Part shown: positions 27,244 through 38,750 of the stretch, in pieces
How the letters are laid out: each line of letters opens with the position of its first letter
How positions within the stretch are numbered: the stretch's first letter is position 1
Assembly (NCBI GenBank): GCA_012295275.1
Contig: CM022665.1
Location: 11,532,001-11,596,000, forward strand
Origin: Chrysomallon squamiferum
Lineage: Eukaryota > Animalia > Mollusca
Reading direction: 5' to 3'
DNA length: 64,000 nt
Position numbers and translations under genes: made by a program
Notes under the pieces: generated by a model
The model's database searches: none
What the model saw: the letters and a program-made list of their open reading frames with translations, nothing else
Told to the model about the DNA's origin: nothing

Positions 27244-28829
27244 TTTATATGGCGTTTTTTTCTCTCTCTCAGATATTTGTGGAAATATCCAAGCTCAGTT
27301 TCTGTGAGAGGGAATTGCAGTCGTATCGCCTACATTGTGAAGATTAGCCTTTTAATGAATTCCCATGTCACGAACGTTATTTTGAGGTCATTCAAGACCT
27401 GGTTCTAGCGTTCAGGCCTGAAATGAAGAGCAGACGTAAAACTCTAGCTAAGCTGAATATTGATTGCAAACCAGAACGTTCTATGAAGCTTTGCCTTGCG
27501 ACAAATGGCAAAAGATATTAATCAATGAATTTCTTTTTATTTGATGGAACAGTTTTAATTTAAAGGAATAAGCGGTTCGTTTTGTCACATAGAGAAAGAG
27601 AGAGAAAATTATTTCAGCGAAGCACAATGTCTCTCTTTTGAACTTACTTTTCCTCATAGTAGAGATCCTGTTTGTTTTGATGTGCTGTATTATAATATTT
27701 TATTGTTATCTTTAAATAGAATGAAAACATTAAGCTTTTGTTTATGTTATTTTTTATAATTTATTATAACTGTATAGAATTTTATAACTATATTAAAAAT
27801 ATTTAATGATATAAAGATACTTTTTAGATTATTTCATTGTTTTATTATATTGTATTTTTGTTGTCAAAATGAAATACTCAAGAGTTATATTTATTATACG
27901 CCATTATGGTCAAGCTGTCATTTTACAATCATAATAATAAAATAAAACGTAAGAGTTATTCAAAATTCGTTATTTCAGAGAAGCATTATTTTGTATTTAT
28001 GTATGTATCTGTGTATGTATGTGTGTTTGTATGTGCATGTGCGTGTATTAAGTAATAAATTCTATATTCTACAAAACATAATCTCATAAAAGCACAAAAA
28101 GCATTCTTAACATTTCAGAAATCGATAACATTAGTTACTTGAAGGCACGTAATGTAATTTTGTAATTTTTTTTTTGTTTAAATTATTTTTAAAAACGATA
28201 TTAACTATTTGAGAGTTGTTGTGTAATCAAGCGTAATCAAAAGAGTTCTTTCTTTTATTATTATTTTTATTATTTAGTCAGATCCAATTCTTTATAAAAG
28301 ACTCAACAGAATTAGTGTCAAAATTCTTTACAAACATGTAATGAGCATTTGTTTTCTTTATAATGCTTTCATTTATAACCAGTCACACATGATTTCATAC
28401 AGGCATGCACGCACGCACACAAGCGTTTCCTTTTATATTTAATTTATTTATTTATATATCATTACATACAAATAAGACGTACCTGTAAGTTTCAGTTCTT
28501 TATAAAATACTAATCATACATTATAACAATATTACAGATAATCACCATTTATTATCAAATTTAAATTCCCATGGCTTGCTGTTGGCATAATGGTTATTTA
28601 TCATTACATATAAATTATTTTATATATGATAGAACCAACAATTAAGTTCTAAATGTAAAAAAAATCCAGATTAAAAAATTTTATAATAAAAATTACGACT
28701 ATATGTAATCTTCATTTAGTTTTGTTAGAATAAACTGTTATTATATGTAAATTATTTCAGTCATGACAGTAAAACTGAAGATTGATCAGTGCCATTGTCT
28801 GTCTTTATTTATTATTTTTATATTCACTA

Positions 28830-28935
28830 TTTATTATTATTTTATTTTTTTCTATTGTTGTATGTTGCTACTGTTGCTGTTATTGTCATTATTATTGTTA
28901 TTATTATTATTATTATTTTTTTTTTTTTTTTTTAT

Positions 28936-28966
<31 letters not shown>

Positions 28967-28990
28967 GTCATTGTTAATATTGTTGTTGTT
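28830..28990. repeat. Compound (TTA/TTG)n and poly-T low-complexity tract
   Basis: Direct reading; source of several spurious ORFs. Confidence 0.9.
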
Positions 28991-30680
28991 TTTGGTCTTT
29001 TTATTGTTTTGTAAAATTAATATTTTCTGTTCTTCTATTTTTTTTATTTTATTATTATTATGTCTATTTATTTTCTGTGATTTTTTCCCCCCACGTCCTT
29101 TTTTTTTTCTTTTTTCAGTTATATGAGTATTTTCATATAATAATAGTTTGTTGATGTAAGATTATGTTAAGGCTGTATATAACTGGGCGTTATAAAACAC
29201 GATTTCGTGTGCCCATAAATATCATAACAATTACAGAACTTATGTACAGAGAATTAATAAACACAGTACTCTTATTATCAATATTGATTAATGAATTATA
29301 AAACGCGTGAGAGTGTTTATCATTGATCTGTATTGATTAATATGTGTGCAGATCAAAGTGTGAAATATTGTCAATAATGTACGTGTCAGCTATGTATGTA
29401 TATGCCATCAAATATTTATGATAAATTTTTGTTATTTATTAATGGAAACTATCTTCTGGAATAAACTCAGTACATGCCATTAACTTGTATGTCGATATGT
29501 ATGTATGAGAACCTGAATGGATGTCTGAGTGTGAGTGTATGCATACGTGTGTTAATATGTCTTGTATGTGAAGGATTTGTGCTCGTGCGCATGCGTACGC
29601 GTCTGTGTGCTCGTGTATGTGTTCTTGTATAAGAGAGTGAACGTCTGTATATGTATGTCTGTATGTATGTGCAGATTTATAAAGTATGTTACTTAATATT
29701 TCATTTCAGCTGTAGTTCTACATTAAACTTAATTTGTTCGCTTCAAACACACATACATATACATACATACATGCACACATCCACACACACGTACTTATAT
29801 ACACACACACATGTACATATACACAAACACACATTCACATACATACGTACATTTTATCTTTATTTTTCGTAACGTGAGGAATAAAGTTATTCACAACACT
29901 CGTTTTCAAATTAGTAACAACAGCTTCCCTGAAAACATTACAAGTATTTATTTGTATTCAGTATTCTGATTCTGCTCAGTCACTAATAGAAAAAGCCAGA
30001 ACATATCATTCTTAACATGCAATCACTGAAGTAATTTTCTAGTCACAAAATGATAAGTTTATTTAATTTCGGATGTGCCAAGAAAGCCAGTTCTTTTTTT
30101 TTTGTAGCCGCATCAATTTAATGTATATTTTTAAAAATTTATCATTCAAAAGGTTTAAAGGTTCGTAAATATATCAACAAACAAACTGCTGTTTTATAAG
30201 GTGAAGGCTTTAACAGCTAAACATCCAAATTTATTACTGCAATCCATTGATACCAATCCATATCAAAACCATAAACATCCGCTCATCATTTCGCTTAGTA
30301 ATTAATTCCTTTCTTGAGATGGTGACTATTCTTTGATATCGATATGATCCGAGAAAAGCCATTTTCGGATTTTGCTTTGGATGTCTATATTCCTTTCAAA
30401 TTCAAAGCCCGGATTATGCCTATGGCAATCGATAGTATTAGTTACTCTCTCATCTTACATTGTAAGCACTAATTTTTCGAAAATGTGCCTTTCAAAGCGT
30501 TACTGCAGTCCATCGCATTAGCATCTTAAGAGATCTCCAGCACCAGGAACCTTTTGATCATTAACTCGCTAGTTTCATCACGCACTTGACTTTGTAGTTC
30601 TCTCTGAAAAAGTATGGGGATCAAAACATTCGGAGGAAATGATGCTAAAGAGATTAATCAGTATTTGGTTGTTTTCTGCA

Positions 30681-31011
30681 GTAAAGTAAAGAATTGGGAT
30701 ATAATCTAACAGAGATATTTAAAGTAAAGTAAAGACCTAAATTAAAGATAAAGCAATGATATTTAAAATTAAAGTAAAGATCTGGGATAAGCATCTAGCA
30801 GTGATAATTAAAGTAAAGTAAAAAACTGGGATGAGGATGAACCAGTGATATTTGAAGTAAAGTCAAGAACTGGGATAAGGATGAACCAGTGATATCTGAA
30901 GTAAAGTAAAGAACTGAGATAAGGTTGAAGCAGCGATATTTGAAGTAAAGTAAAGATCTGGGATAAGGATGAACTAGTGATATTTAAAATTAAAGTAAAG
31001 AACTGGGATAA
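30681..31011. repeat. 44-bp minisatellite (aagtaaagtaaagaactgggataaggatgaaccagtgatatttg), ~7.5 copies
   Basis: Unit repeats with high similarity at ~44-bp period. Confidence 0.92.
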
Positions 31012-31874
31012 CAGATTTTATTTGGCTTTAGTTCAATGTGTTTTGAATATGTTAACTGTAAAACCTGACTAAAATGTTTTGAATGCAGCTGAATAGTCTG
31101 CCTTTTTCAGTTAGCTGTTTTATTTTATATATCATAAAGGCATTGATGAAACAGTGAAGGAATAATTATAAAAGAGCCACGATGATGATGATGACGATGA
31201 AGATCATATTTAGAGACTTACAGAATTAACATTTTAAAGTAAATAATAAGTAAATTCTTTCTAAGAAAATATTCTACACTGAATTCTGATATTCAATCAG
31301 TTTTATGAAATTTTTTTTAATAATCTGATTGATTATAGTGCGCAAAATATTGATTTTAAAGAACCCCCTCACAAAAACAAAAAATGTTATGTAAATAAAT
31401 AAATATATACATAAATAAATAAATAAAAATAATTTTAAAAATATTAAAAAAAAAAATAATGTTTATACTTGATAATCGAAGTAATATTTTTATGATTAAA
31501 TGTTAACGTTAAGCATAAAACGTTGACATCTCGCACTGAGTTTTTTATGCTATGAAATTTAATATACATTTACATTATAGATCTTCCTTTACTGTTGTGC
31601 AGAAAAGAGAGCAAAAACAAACAGAAGAATAAATTTCCATGCGACTTTTTAAATACTAGATTGTAAGGTAATTTATTCTGGTTCATACCATTGCTTTTTT
31701 TTTTCTTCTCTGTTTTCATGCTATAATGACATTTTTCCAGTATATTTACGACAGATATGATTGTCAAGAAGGCAGGACTTTTCGTCTGGCAAAGAGAAGA
31801 GAAGAGCACTTTTAATGATTTGGGATTATATTGTACGTCATAGCAACAAAAAAATGCCTTAGGTTATTTAATGT

Positions 31875-32737
31875 TATTTTGGAAATGTTTACACGCTGAC
31901 AGTTTGATGTAAACAGATGCAGCTTGGAAGAGATATTCCAGATCGTCTGACTTACAGTTTTTCAAATATTAGAATCATAGTTTGCATTAATTTGAATACG
32001 ATTTATTCAGCTAATCAAAAAAAAAAAAATAATAATAATATATAGATATAAAAATAATAATAATAATAATAAATAAATTAAATTAAATAATATAATATAA
32101 TATAAAATAAAACAAATAAATAAATAAGATAAAGTTAAATAAAAAAAATAATACATAGATTATTTTTTCTAAAGTACTGTTGCTTGGATTTTTCTAAGAT
32201 GTTTAAAAATGGGTTGTTCTAATTAAAGCTTCTAACACCAGATTAATGACAGACGTAAAGCTACATGTCTATGTTCGACACGTCAGATGTTAAGTTCTCA
32301 GAGATTAAAGATGTCTGCCAGTCAAGTTGAAGCCTTTTGTAGAAAATAACACGTCTTCCAACAGTTGTCTTCTGGAACTGCATGGTATTAAACCGACTTG
32401 CTAATGGTCTACGATATTGCGTCAATTGGTTAGCAGGGCTGGAATTATAGCAATCGGCTTGCGGTTATTTAAATAACATAAACGACTGGTAATGTCTGAA
32501 ATTAGGCATACGAGAAAGAACGATGCGAAGAAAAATAAACGTTGACCAAATCGTTTTTCTGTGTCTCTTGTTTGACAGCAACAACATTTAGCTATAGTAA
32601 TAGATAGATGAATAAATGCTTGAACTTTAAAATATTTGCCTTTTCTTTGACAGAAACAGAATCAAGTTATTAGGAATAAATCATTTAATATTGATCTTTA
32701 ATTTTTCTGAGTTATTATTATGATGATGATGATGATG

Positions 32738-32775
<38 letters not shown>
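31875..32775 (+). repeat. Left arm of long inverted repeat (near-perfect core 32098-32617)
   Basis: Base-by-base reverse complement of 38085-38604 over 520 bp with one mismatch and no indels; diverged homology continues on both sides. Confidence 0.95.
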
Positions 32776-32777
<2 letters not shown>

Positions 32778-33057
32778 CGATTATAAGATATTACAGGGAT
32801 TCTTAAACTCCTTCAATTCCTTTTTTTTTTAAAGCTACAAATTAGTGTTGCAAGCATTCGTTACAAGCTTTAGAGGCTTTTATTGAATGTGCGAAACTAG
32901 TATTTAAAATAAATGGACGACTATTTCTATACACAACTCAGGCCCTAAAGATACAGTGGTGGATAGGAAGAAAGTTTGAAAACTTCAATCTTAAGATGTA
33001 ATTCTTAAGATTTTAATTTCCGATACACTTTTAAGCCATTGCTCCAGAACATGACTA

Positions 33058-33094
<37 letters not shown>

Positions 33095-33224
33095 TAAAGA
33101 AAGAAAAACAAACACCAAAATATAATTTCTGATGAAACGATTTGCTTTCATATTTTGTCAGAAAGAAAGAAAAAGATCTTAAAATATATCCCATGGGTTA
33201 CATTTGCCTTTAACCACATTTTGT

Positions 33225-33298
33225 TATATTTACCTTTGTTTGACACCCATTAACCGATATATTTTTCGTGCTGGGGTGTCTTTAAACATTCATTCATT
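33225..33298 (+). mobile_element. 3' tail of a SINE/LINE retroposon (stem-loop + (CATT)n tail)
   Basis: tgtttgacacccattaaccgatatatttttcgtgctggggtgtctttaaa(catt)3; gacaccc/gggtgtc stem followed by a short tandem tail; resembles, from recall, gastropod SINE 3' ends. Confidence 0.65.
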
Positions 33299-33699
33299 GG
33301 TGTTGCCTTTAATCAAAGAATATATTATCTTACGAACCCTCTCTACACAGGAGTATATCTAAATATAATAAAGGAGAGATGAAACACTTGCTTGGGATAA
33401 CCTGATATAATTACTTCAAGTCAAATAATATAATATTCTCAGTTAACTTGTCACTGTCAATTTACGAAGACTGACCTTTAGATCAGACACAAATGTGAAC
33501 GTAATCAACGCTTATCACCTTCCGTTTTATTTTCTCTTAAGCCTGCCTCGACTCCCGTCTTGCAATTTACATCGATTAAATGTTCGCCTTTTATGGAATC
33601 AGTTTCGTTTTGGGTTTAGCCTGAAGGAATTTGCCATTAACAGGAGACATCGACACAAAGACTTTTGGCAAGTTTTGCTCCGCTCTAAAGGCAATGTCG

Positions 33700-33790
33700 A
33701 TAATGATCGCGGCACTTCCGCAGACATTTAGGCAGGGACGGTGACGGAAATCAGACATAACCCTAGCTAATTCACTTCCGGAAAATTTAA
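33700..33790. promoter_or_regulatory. CpG-rich ETS-motif cluster (promoter/enhancer-like)
   Basis: cacttccgc (33713), gacggaaat (33743) and cacttccggaa (33773) within ~70 bp in locally GC-rich sequence. Confidence 0.35.
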
Positions 33791-34229
33791 TACAGGCGTC
33801 TTGATTTGATTACTGTTAAGCTTCGCAAATATGCTTGCGATTACTGTCTACACTGAAGCATTGCAAATTGATGACATAGACAAGTCAAAGAGGTAGACGA
33901 AAGTAAACGCTCTAAATTGATAGGGATGTTTGTCTGCAAGAAAATCAGAATTTAGGAAAACATTATTTTTATCTGTGCAATGAAATGTAATCAAGGAAAT
34001 TTATTTTATAATTTCTTCTCTTTTATTTTATTATGATGATGATGATGATAGGAGTGATAAAAAGCAAAAGAAAGATATGAAGAAAAAGACATACACAATA
34101 TAACTGCAACAACGACAATAATTAAATTTCTTTTTAAATTCAGGTTTATTTTTCCTTCCCATAGGTAGTATCAAATACAATATCTAATTGACTGATAGAC
34201 ACATCCATGCACAAATAGTTTCACTAGTA

Positions 34230-34526
34230 CAGGTTGCAAATCCTTTATGCGAAATATTTGGGACCGGAAGTGTTTCGGATTTTGAAATATAACGAGATAG
34301 CATGAGAACAGAAACTACGTCTAAATAAGAATTCCATTTATTTTTCATATACAGCTCACACAGATAGTCTGCAGGATTTTTAAAATAATACTTTTAATAA
34401 TTTTGTGCATAAAATACGATTTGATGTGCAAATAAACTCCGAAAACTGTAAGAAAGATTATTATTATTTCTGCTGCTCCGAAAAAGTTTCGGATTTCGGA
34501 ATTTCTGATAAGGGATCCTCAACCTG
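34230..34526. mobile_element. Tigger/pogo-type MITE, 297 bp, Tigger4 (Zombi)/MER46-like
   Basis: TA TSD (34228-29 and 34527-28); TIRs caggttgcaaatcctttatgcgaaat / atttctgataagggatcctcaacctg; subterminal tttcggattt repeats at both ends. Confidence 0.85.
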
Positions 34527-34938
34527 TATTGGAAATACTGAACAACAGGAATATATGAAACACGATATCTGATAACAACTTCTGCGTTTGCCAACGACCA
34601 AATATCTGAAATAAACTTTAAAAAATTATATGTACGTGACATACAAAGATTTCATTTATTTTTTATTTCGTTTATGTAATATCTATTTCATTATCTTTTG
34701 TTATCTTTGCCTTTTCAAACTTTATTGCAATGAACTTTCTGTTTTTGAATATTTTAGAGTCCCTTTAGAATAGCAAATGTTTCATTTTGGAATTAACATT
34801 ATTATTTCACTTTTGTGATTCTGTTTTAGGCAGAAACACTGAATAAGTAACTATACGATTTTCAGCTTGATTACCTATTTTTGTTGTTGTGTGTGTGTTG
34901 TTTAGGCAGAGCCAAATATTAAACTTACAAATACAGAT

Positions 34939-34942
<4 letters not shown>

Positions 34943-34994
<52 letters not shown>
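34943..34994. repeat. (GA)n microsatellite
   Basis: Perfect AG run. Confidence 0.97.
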
Positions 34995-34996
<2 letters not shown>

Positions 34997-36309
34997 GATT
35001 CAGAATTCACTAAATGTGCAAAGAGAATGAGAGTTTATTTTATAAAAATATGCTTTGCTGATTCAGAAAACACTAAATGTGCAAACGAATGCCTTTTTTG
35101 ATTTTATAATAATAATTAAAACAATTATCACTTGAAAGCTTATATTTTTATTTTTAAATACGACTCTTATCTTATGAAAAACAGATATTTATTTAAACTG
35201 TTTAACTGATTCCTTATATATATTTTAAAAAAGAAATGATCTTTGAAGACTGCCAGGATATGTAAAATCATTCATAGATTTTTCTAGCACCTTCATAACA
35301 AATTCAATTACTTCGTCATGGTCATGTTTCATTACAGATTTAACCATCCTTAAGATTGTCGTGTCAAGTTGTATCATTCCACCGCAGAGGCGAGAGAACC
35401 ATAGCCGAGATGAATCAAAAGCTGACTTACTGGCCCGATGTTACTGTTTTATTCGTTATTTCACACGAGACGCAGAAAAACCCATTTTATTCAGAGTTAT
35501 ACCATCGTCAGCACTAAATTTGACAATGTGTTAAAACACTAATCAATAAAGATATAGAAATATAAAAATTATTGAATAATACCGTTGTGTGCTTTGATTG
35601 CGACTGTAGATTTTGAATGAAAATAAATGTTTCGTCTTTATATATATATAAATATATATATATTATTAAATATTATTATAATTAATTTAAATTATTGTTA
35701 AAACAACAATGATAAACTACTACTGCTGCTGCTTCTGCTATATTTAAATATTACTCATAATAACTAATATTTTAAATGTATAGCTGAACTATATCATATT
35801 TATATTACTTGTTTCATAGCCATTGTCATACATTTTCAGAAAAATAATGTCCAGCATTAATCTGTATTTTTTGCTATGTACAGTAGCTCTACTTAACCTT
35901 CAGTCATCACTAAAAGGCACCGTTAGTGCTTGTTTTACATTATTATGTAGAAGAAATTGCATTAAAACTTGATTAATTATTTTCAGACTTAATGGTTCGG
36001 GCTTTCTCATTCACCATCAGCTACATTACTCTCGCAGACAATTTGAGGACAAGGAGTGAAAGAGAATCCATTAAAAAATTAAACGCTCGTATCACGCAAA
36101 GAATCCGACTGAAAGAACTGTAAAACTAATGTCTCCAGTCGCAGGCTGGTGTTTGTGTGACCAGACGCAGGGGTTTTGTGTTACAACACTTGGATTTGAA
36201 CTGAGACCATAAACAATGGTAATTAGCCATCAGGCTGGAAATAACCTTTAGAACCTTAGAGAATAGGTTATATACAACATTAGCAACTCGATGTTGCTGA
36301 CCGACTTGA

Positions 36310-36627
36310 TATAATTAGTATTGAGACCATAGATGTGATTCGTAGAGAGATCATAGTTATGTTTAGAGACCATAAACATGATTAATGGTGAGACCATAAA
36401 CATGATTAATGGTGAGACCATAAGCATAATTAGTATAGAGACCATAGACATGATTAATATATAGACGATGGACATGCTTAGTATATACAGATTGTACATA
36501 TGATTAATACAGAGATCTTATATATGATTCGTTTACACCATAGGTGTGATTAGTATAGAGATCACAGATATAATTAATGTAGAGACTGTAGACATGATTA
36601 GTACAGAGATAATTAGTAATGAGACTA
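36310..36627. repeat. 24-bp minisatellite (gagaccataaacatgattaatggt), ~13 degenerate copies
   Basis: gagac.ata.a.atgatta recurs at 24-bp period; explains the repetitive 83-aa ORF at 36248-36499. Confidence 0.9.
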
Positions 36628-37903
36628 TATTGAAAATGAAGTTGAGATTTTGGTTATAAATTTAAAGATCCTGACCAACGGAACATTGTTACAGAGGAAG
36701 CGCTCGTTATATTAAAATCCTGAATGGTGGTGTATTTACATACGCTAATTTTAAAAATTAATACAAATTAATACAAAATTAATAAATGAAACTGGTATTG
36801 GATCCTAACCAATTTGAAGTCAAACTACAATGCTACTTGAATTTTTGAATAGAAATAGCCTGTAGGACTTTACAGAATGGTTACTGACAACGTTAACGAC
36901 ATGAACGTGGTTACTTCTAGACCTGTTAAATTGCACAGGAATATAAAAGGAATTCACCATCAAACCGCATATTATATTATAGAATTTCACAAATTCAGTT
37001 GTTACTGATGACAAAATTCTTTACTGCAGGAAGAATTATTTTTCTTAGAATATTTGACTGAAGAGAGTCAGCATAAAGGAATATGATACAATCAAAAAAT
37101 CCATATAATAATTAATAAACAGAAACTGATATACGACCACAAACAGTTTGGGTTTTGATTAATACCATGCCGGAACAGTGGTAACTGGAAGTAATAATTA
37201 GTAAAAACTGTATTCAAAGGAAATTTACCCGTGAGCTAGAAAATATATTTTATAAATTCAGTGTTATTGACATCTAAAATTTGTGATTATTATTTGGAAA
37301 GTATCATTGTTTTAGTATATTTAATAACATGATTGAGTATGTAAACACGTATTTTTATCATCATCATTATTATTATTATTATTATATATTAACGAATTCA
37401 CATAAATTATTAATTAAATTAAACTAATGTCAGACTAATTTCAGTTATATCAGAAAGTACTGAAATCAAAAAGTAACCAACGACAAATGGTTTTTAGTAA
37501 ATTTCTCTTGATTATGATCCAATATTAATTATTTTTATCACATCAGCATTTTCAGGTTTGTTCATTAGAAAACAGTTCATGTAAAACTTCACTAGTTAAC
37601 TCGAAGTTGCTGACCGAGACCAAATAAGAAATACAACAGAAACTAACTAGCGAGTTGGAAATTACATTACGGAACTTCAATAATGCTAAATTGGTTCGGA
37701 CGTAAAAAATGTTACAGAACATAAATCATCGGAACTGACCACTGAACTAGAAATTACATTACAATATCTCTGCTGATTACCTAATATAATTTTTTTTTTT
37801 TTTTTTTTTTTTTAAATGACTATAAATGTCACGATAGGTTCATTATCTTAGTATGTTTAAAAGTTTACATAAATTTAGAATTGCATCTCATTTATTTATT
37901 ATT

Positions 37904-37904
<1 letters not shown>

Positions 37905-37941
<37 letters not shown>

Positions 37942-38716
37942 TAATAAATTTAAAATAAATAAATAAATAAATAAAAAATAATAATAAAACTCCAGAAAAA
38001 ATTCAGTTTAATATTGATTGATCTATTCCTAGTAACTTGGTTCTGTTGCTATCAAAGAAAAGACAAATATTTTAAAGTTCAAGGATTTATTCATCTATCT
38101 ATTACTATAGCTAAATGTTGTTGCTGTCAAACAAGAGACACAGAAAAACGATTTGGTCAACGTTTATTTTTCTTCGCATCGTTCTTTCTCGTATGCCTAA
38201 TTTCAGACATTACCAGTCGTTTATGTTATTTAAATAACCGCAAGCCGATTGCTATAATTCCAGCCCTGCTAACCAATTGACGCAATATCGTAGACCATTA
38301 GCAAGTCGGTTTAATACCATGCAGTTCCAGAAGACAACTGTTGGAAGACGTGTTATTTTCTACAAAAGGCTTCAAGTTGACTGGCAGACATCTTTAATCT
38401 CTGAGAACTTAACATCTGACGTGTCGAACATAGACATGTAGCTTTACGTCTGTCATTAATCTGGTGTTAGAAGCTTTAATTAGAACAACCCATTTTTAAA
38501 CATCTTAGAAAAATCCAAGCAACAGTACTTTAGAAAAAATAATCTATGTATTATTTTTTTTATTTAACTTTATCTTATTTATTTATTTGTTTTATTTTAT
38601 ATTATTAAAATTAATACAAACTATGATTCTAATATTTGAAAAACTGGTAAGTCAGGTGATCAAGCTGCATCTTCCAAGCTGATAACATCAAACTTGCAGC
38701 GTATAAACATTTCCAA

Positions 38717-38722
<6 letters not shown>
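37905..38722 (-). repeat. Right arm of long inverted repeat (near-perfect core 38085-38604)
   Basis: Reverse complement of the left arm; outer flank 38610-38722 matches 31875-31992 with substitutions and indels, inner flank 38011-38084 matches 32618-32692. Confidence 0.95.

Positions 38723-38750
<28 letters not shown>

Noticed and set aside
30681-31011. Regularly spaced repeats suggestive of a CRISPR array (also 36310-36627)
   Set aside because: Units are contiguous with no unique spacers, there are no cas genes, and the context is eukaryotic; ordinary minisatellites.
38319-38441. 40-codon ORF (MQFQKTTVGRR...) present in both IR cores
   Set aside because: Short, no recognisable motif; its presence in both arms follows trivially from arm identity.
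31875-38722. Single large TIR/foldback transposon
   Set aside because: No TSD visible, the outermost parts of the arms are the most diverged, and the spacer has no transposase ORF; not fully excluded.
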